Positions 59,931 to 64,000 of a stretch of DNA of 64,000 bases are shown piece by piece. The stretch lies in NCBI RefSeq assembly GCF_018977255.1, contig NW_024704743.1:110424001-110488000 (forward strand), read 5' to 3'. Numbering within the stretch: position 1 is the stretch's first letter; each line of letters begins with the position of its first letter. The notes below the pieces were generated by a model. That model was not told the DNA's origin, made no database searches, and saw nothing but the letters and a program-made list of their open reading frames with translations. A program made the position numbers and the translations under genes. The DNA is from Callorhinchus milii. Its lineage: Eukaryota.

Positions 59931-62156
59931 TATTAATTTATTTGTTTATCGTTGGCTACAATTTGTTTTTCCTGCATATGTGTATGTGTGTGTGTGTGTA
60001 CATATACAGTAAAACGTGTACAGTATATATTTATATACACACAGAGAGAGCAGTGTGTGCCCCCCCCCCTGTTAGTCAGTCAGTCACAGGATCAGGGCGG
60101 CCTCACCCCCCCCTCAGCTCCAGCAGTTGGTATCTGTTCCTGTAATAACTAACCCCAAACTTTCCCCCTCTCCCAAAAGGGATAAGATGGCATCAACAGC
60201 GTGAAAAAGGGTTTATAAACCACCTCCAGCCAGACTCGGCTGGTTTGCAGGGTTACTATTAACTGGGAGTCCTTAATCCAGGTAAGGGATCACTCATTTT
60301 GGGGGATCCCTTCAGGGTTGATGGTATATGTCGGTTGAATGATTACCACTGTGATCAATCGTCCTCGTGTTCGAATCAGGGCTCTGTCGTGTGGCCTCGA
60401 AGTGCTTCACAGGATATCACTGTAAAATGGTGTGGCTGTATTTGTTGGGAGAAATTGTACGTTGAGCTGAGACTGTGTGCCCCATCTGTATGGTACAGCT
60501 AAGGAATTGAGCACCAAAATCACCCCCCCCCCCTCCCTCCCTCCCCCAGAACATTTTTTTCCCCCCCCACCCTCACCCCCCCCCCCCAAAAAAAAGCCAG
60601 CTCATTGCATCAGGAATAATCCACAGTGTGGATTGAGGATAAATAAATATAGTGAAAGGCTCGCCACACCTCTCATCATTGTGTGTGAGTAAATAAGATG
60701 AACCGGCTTCAGCTCACAGTCAGCGAGCTGCCTTTACACTGCCTTTCCTTATATTAACTACATCCAGTTCTTCTGTACTTCGTCCCTTGTGCTTGTGACT
60801 TTAGCCGGTGCTGTTGGTGACTTGCATCTATTTTTTACAGTTCTGTAAGTGGAGAATCGCACAGTTCCATTCCAATTCCATTGGAAACAAATCGGAGCAT
60901 AATGTCTTGTACCAAACATCTTGCTTAAAAGAAATGTAATTCTCCTGATGGTTCATTGCGCAATTGCACTCCAATTGCACATGTGGAACAAGCAGTTCCA
61001 GATTGATCTTAGCATTTGCTGACTTACTTAGTTTATTCTTTCAATATTCTTGGGTGAGTGGGAGGAGACCGTATATTCGGATGTGGGAATTAACTAAAGA
61101 TCTTGCTTCTGAACCCAGTCAGGTAATCACTGTTGAAGCAAAGGTTTTGGGTGATTGTGTTTAGCTGTGACGGGCCCTATGGGTTAAATGGTTTATTGTT
61201 ATTTGCTAGCAAGAATTGTTCTTTAAGAATTATTATTTGGATGAGATACTGGGGGGGTGGTGTTGCTCTTCTATAGCTTAGAATCGTAAAAAATTGCAGT
61301 TTAGAGAGAAATAATTTGGCCCTTCGAGTCTGCACTGGCTCTCAGAGCAAGCAGTACTTTCAGTCCTACTACCGTGCCCTATCCCCATATTCCTTCAAAC
61401 CTCTATCTTTCATTTATCTCTATCTTGAAACCCACAGTTGTCCCTCTACCACTTTACTTGGCAGAGCATTACACGTTTCAGCATCTCTATCCCTGATTAG
61501 TTCATGCCTACCTAATTGCTAACCTGTTCTCATATTATTGGCCTGAAAAGTTTACCCATAACTGACGTAAGGCTGACCAGTTTAAAATTTCCTGGCATAC
61601 TTTTAGCTTCTTGAACAGTGGCACCACCTCCTAATGAAGGAATTGCGAATTTATTCACATCCTAGTACTTGATATGCCAAAATGCCAAATTGTGCTAGCT
61701 TGCTACTATTAAATGCTCAGTGTTTGCATCTATAACAAACACCTTGGATTCATATGGCACCTTTTACACAGGATTGTTTCTCGGAGCGCTGGGCCTACAG
61801 AGGTAGATGGAAGCGAGTATTTTCCGTCTATAGTTTTAAAATACTGCAGTATTTTGTACTTAGAACTATATGTTTTACACCAGCTTAATGTCAAAATAAT
61901 TCAGGGTAAATTTGGGTTTGAATTTGGCCGCAATGACTTAACCTTGTCGTTATATGACTCTTAATAAATGTGAGAAACTGTTCTGCAGACTTTGAAGTTG
62001 ATCGTCTCTATGAATACTTTTTATATTGCACTGAACTTGACCTGTTCTGTTTCACTTCTTGTTTTGTACAGTTGTAAAAAGGTGAACCTATCTAGTTTGC
62101 CATTGCTTGGTGCCTGGCAGAGAAAAACTGGTAGCTCCAAGAGTGCCAATAGGAAG

Positions 62157-62537
62157 ATGGCTGCTTCATTTGTTCCTGTGCCCTTACCTTTAGGAAATTC
62201 CTCTCCTGGAACAGCTACAAGCAAAAATCGTAGGAGTTCTTCGCTCCAGTCGTTGGGCAGTGCGTCCACAAGTTCAAATTCTTCAAGAGGTTATTTGGAC
62301 GAATTGCATTCTGGTGGCTTCAGAAAGACTGTTACTTCTGATCATTTAGCTTCTGCTTCCTCTGCAACTAATAGTCCTTTAGTAAGGACCAAGCTCAATG
62401 GTGCAAACTCATCCATCGAATACTCTCCCAGACCCACAGGGTCTGAGAATGACACTGATTTGGTGAACTGGGAAGATAGACCTGCTACACCTACACTATT
62501 GGGGTATGAGGTTATGGAAGAAAGGGCAAAATTTACG
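62157..62537 (+). CDS. SNX16: Sorting nexin 16, first coding exon (acceptor at 62071; gene continues beyond the window)
   Basis: MAASFVPVPLPLGNSS..SPLVRTK..SSIEYS.RP..VNWEDRPATPTLLGYEVMEERAKFT matches the SNX16 N-terminus and start of the PX domain; donor acg|gtaagc. Confidence 0.95.
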
Positions 62538-64000
62538 GTAAGCTTTTACATGTTTTTTTGCATGCTTTTAGGAATAATTATCTATCTGGATTGTAGTTGT
62601 ACATTTCATACACTTTATCATATCCAGTGTTAGATTAATGTAATGCTCTTGTGCCCCTTTTGCTGCTATTAAAGTAACTTCAACAACATTTTATATAAAA
62701 ATGCAGTAGATATCTGAACCTACTAAGTAATAGTAGGCCTTATACACTAGTCCTCCTCTACACCCCTCCCCCATCATTTTGACCCCAGTTTGGAATTAGC
62801 AGAAGTAATAGCAACTGAAAAATAGTCTGCACTTCCGATTTATTATCAGAATCTATTTTCTTTTTTTGCAGTCAGCCGGGCATCTCTCATGTGCAGAATA
62901 ATATTATTTTAATAATACCCTTATATTTGAGAGAGGTTGCCTCAAAGGAATTCCTGTATAGGAATGCCTAATATTTTTGTAGGCAAAAATAGCAGTCAGT
63001 TCACGTATTGCAATATACCCTGAACAATCATGAACTAAATGACCAATTCTTTGTGGAGGATTTGCTGGCCAGGACAAAGGGAAAAACTCACTAGGCTTAT
63101 TTAGTATATTGTTGCCAATATATTTCTTGTGACAGATGTGCACTGCATGTTGTAGCACTTTATCCCACTATGGGTTTAGTTCCAAATGTTTTCTCTGAAC
63201 ACAACCTAAGGAGAGAACTGTAACTGTATTCGTATTTCAGTTTCAAAGTTGGCAAAGCATGAACTTTTTCATATGCTGCCAAAGCACTTGAAATCTTAGT
63301 AACAAAGCAAAAATTGTTTGACACTGTACTGATTAATCTGTACAAGTTGTAGCTTTCATTGACTACAATGAACTTTTTTTTAGGATGCTAATTAAAGTGG
63401 GTTTTGACTTGTCTCCAAACGGGCAGCTCTTAATAAATCTTTGTAATTCATCGGAATCAAAAGTCACTTTTTGGTTTTGTTGCTAATTTTGTGCAATTTG
63501 CTTATACCAGGTTTGCAGGTTAATTTGATGTGGATCTTGGACTGCTGATTGCTAGCTTTTTAATTCAGAGAGGATTGGCAAGCAAGCCACCCTTAGCACA
63601 ATTTCTTGAGAAGGTAGAACAGAAGTTAGGACTTTAGCCGAGCAACAAAAAAAAAGGATAATTTAACTTCAGCAAAACTTTTATGTTGCTTGCAAAGTAA
63701 TTTAATAAAAAGCACACTAATCTTTGCACTTGATATACCACTTTGTCAACATCTCAACCCACTTCACAGGATACCGTAGGATGTACAGTAATTGTATTTT
63801 TGTAATATTGGGTGAGTGGCATTTTACAACATTTACATTTTTTGTTCTGCAATAAATATGTTGTTTCTCTTCCTGAGTATGAATAACTTTTAAGAGCATA
63901 CAAGTGATTTCCCTGAGCCAGTGCTCACTCTCCCAATACCTCATCAAGCAGCCATTGTTCATGTCAGGTTGGCAGGCTGTTCAGCAGCCAAACCTGATCC

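Overview
Vertebrate genomic DNA, most likely from a cartilaginous fish. The tRNA/Deu-type SINEs and L2/CR1 repeats resemble those of chimaeras; this is inference. Three intron-containing genes lie on the + strand. FBXO43/Emi2 has 4 coding exons (~4753-10033, ~658 aa) and shares a CpG-island bidirectional promoter with a minus-strand gene that runs off the left edge (POLR2K by human synteny only). RGS22 has 27 coding exons that I could join in frame by hand (12282-49132, ~1236 aa), including a GC-AG intron and a 21-nt microexon. The first coding exon of SNX16 is at 62157-62537. Introns and intergenic DNA are dense with tRNA-derived SINEs, L2 and CR1 fragments, minisatellites and a few palindromic elements. 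I found no convincing new multi-gene system. The main leads are an RxxF D-box and an apparently lost N-terminal degron in Emi2, a U2 snRNA fragment ending at nt 37, a SINE whose 3' module is bracketed by an inverted repeat, mirror-image C-rich/G-rich arrays at the SNX16 promoter, an unclassified ~230-bp repeat family, and an RGS22-SNX16 adjacency that differs from human. Homology calls come from remembered sequences, not database searches, and repeat boundaries are approximate.
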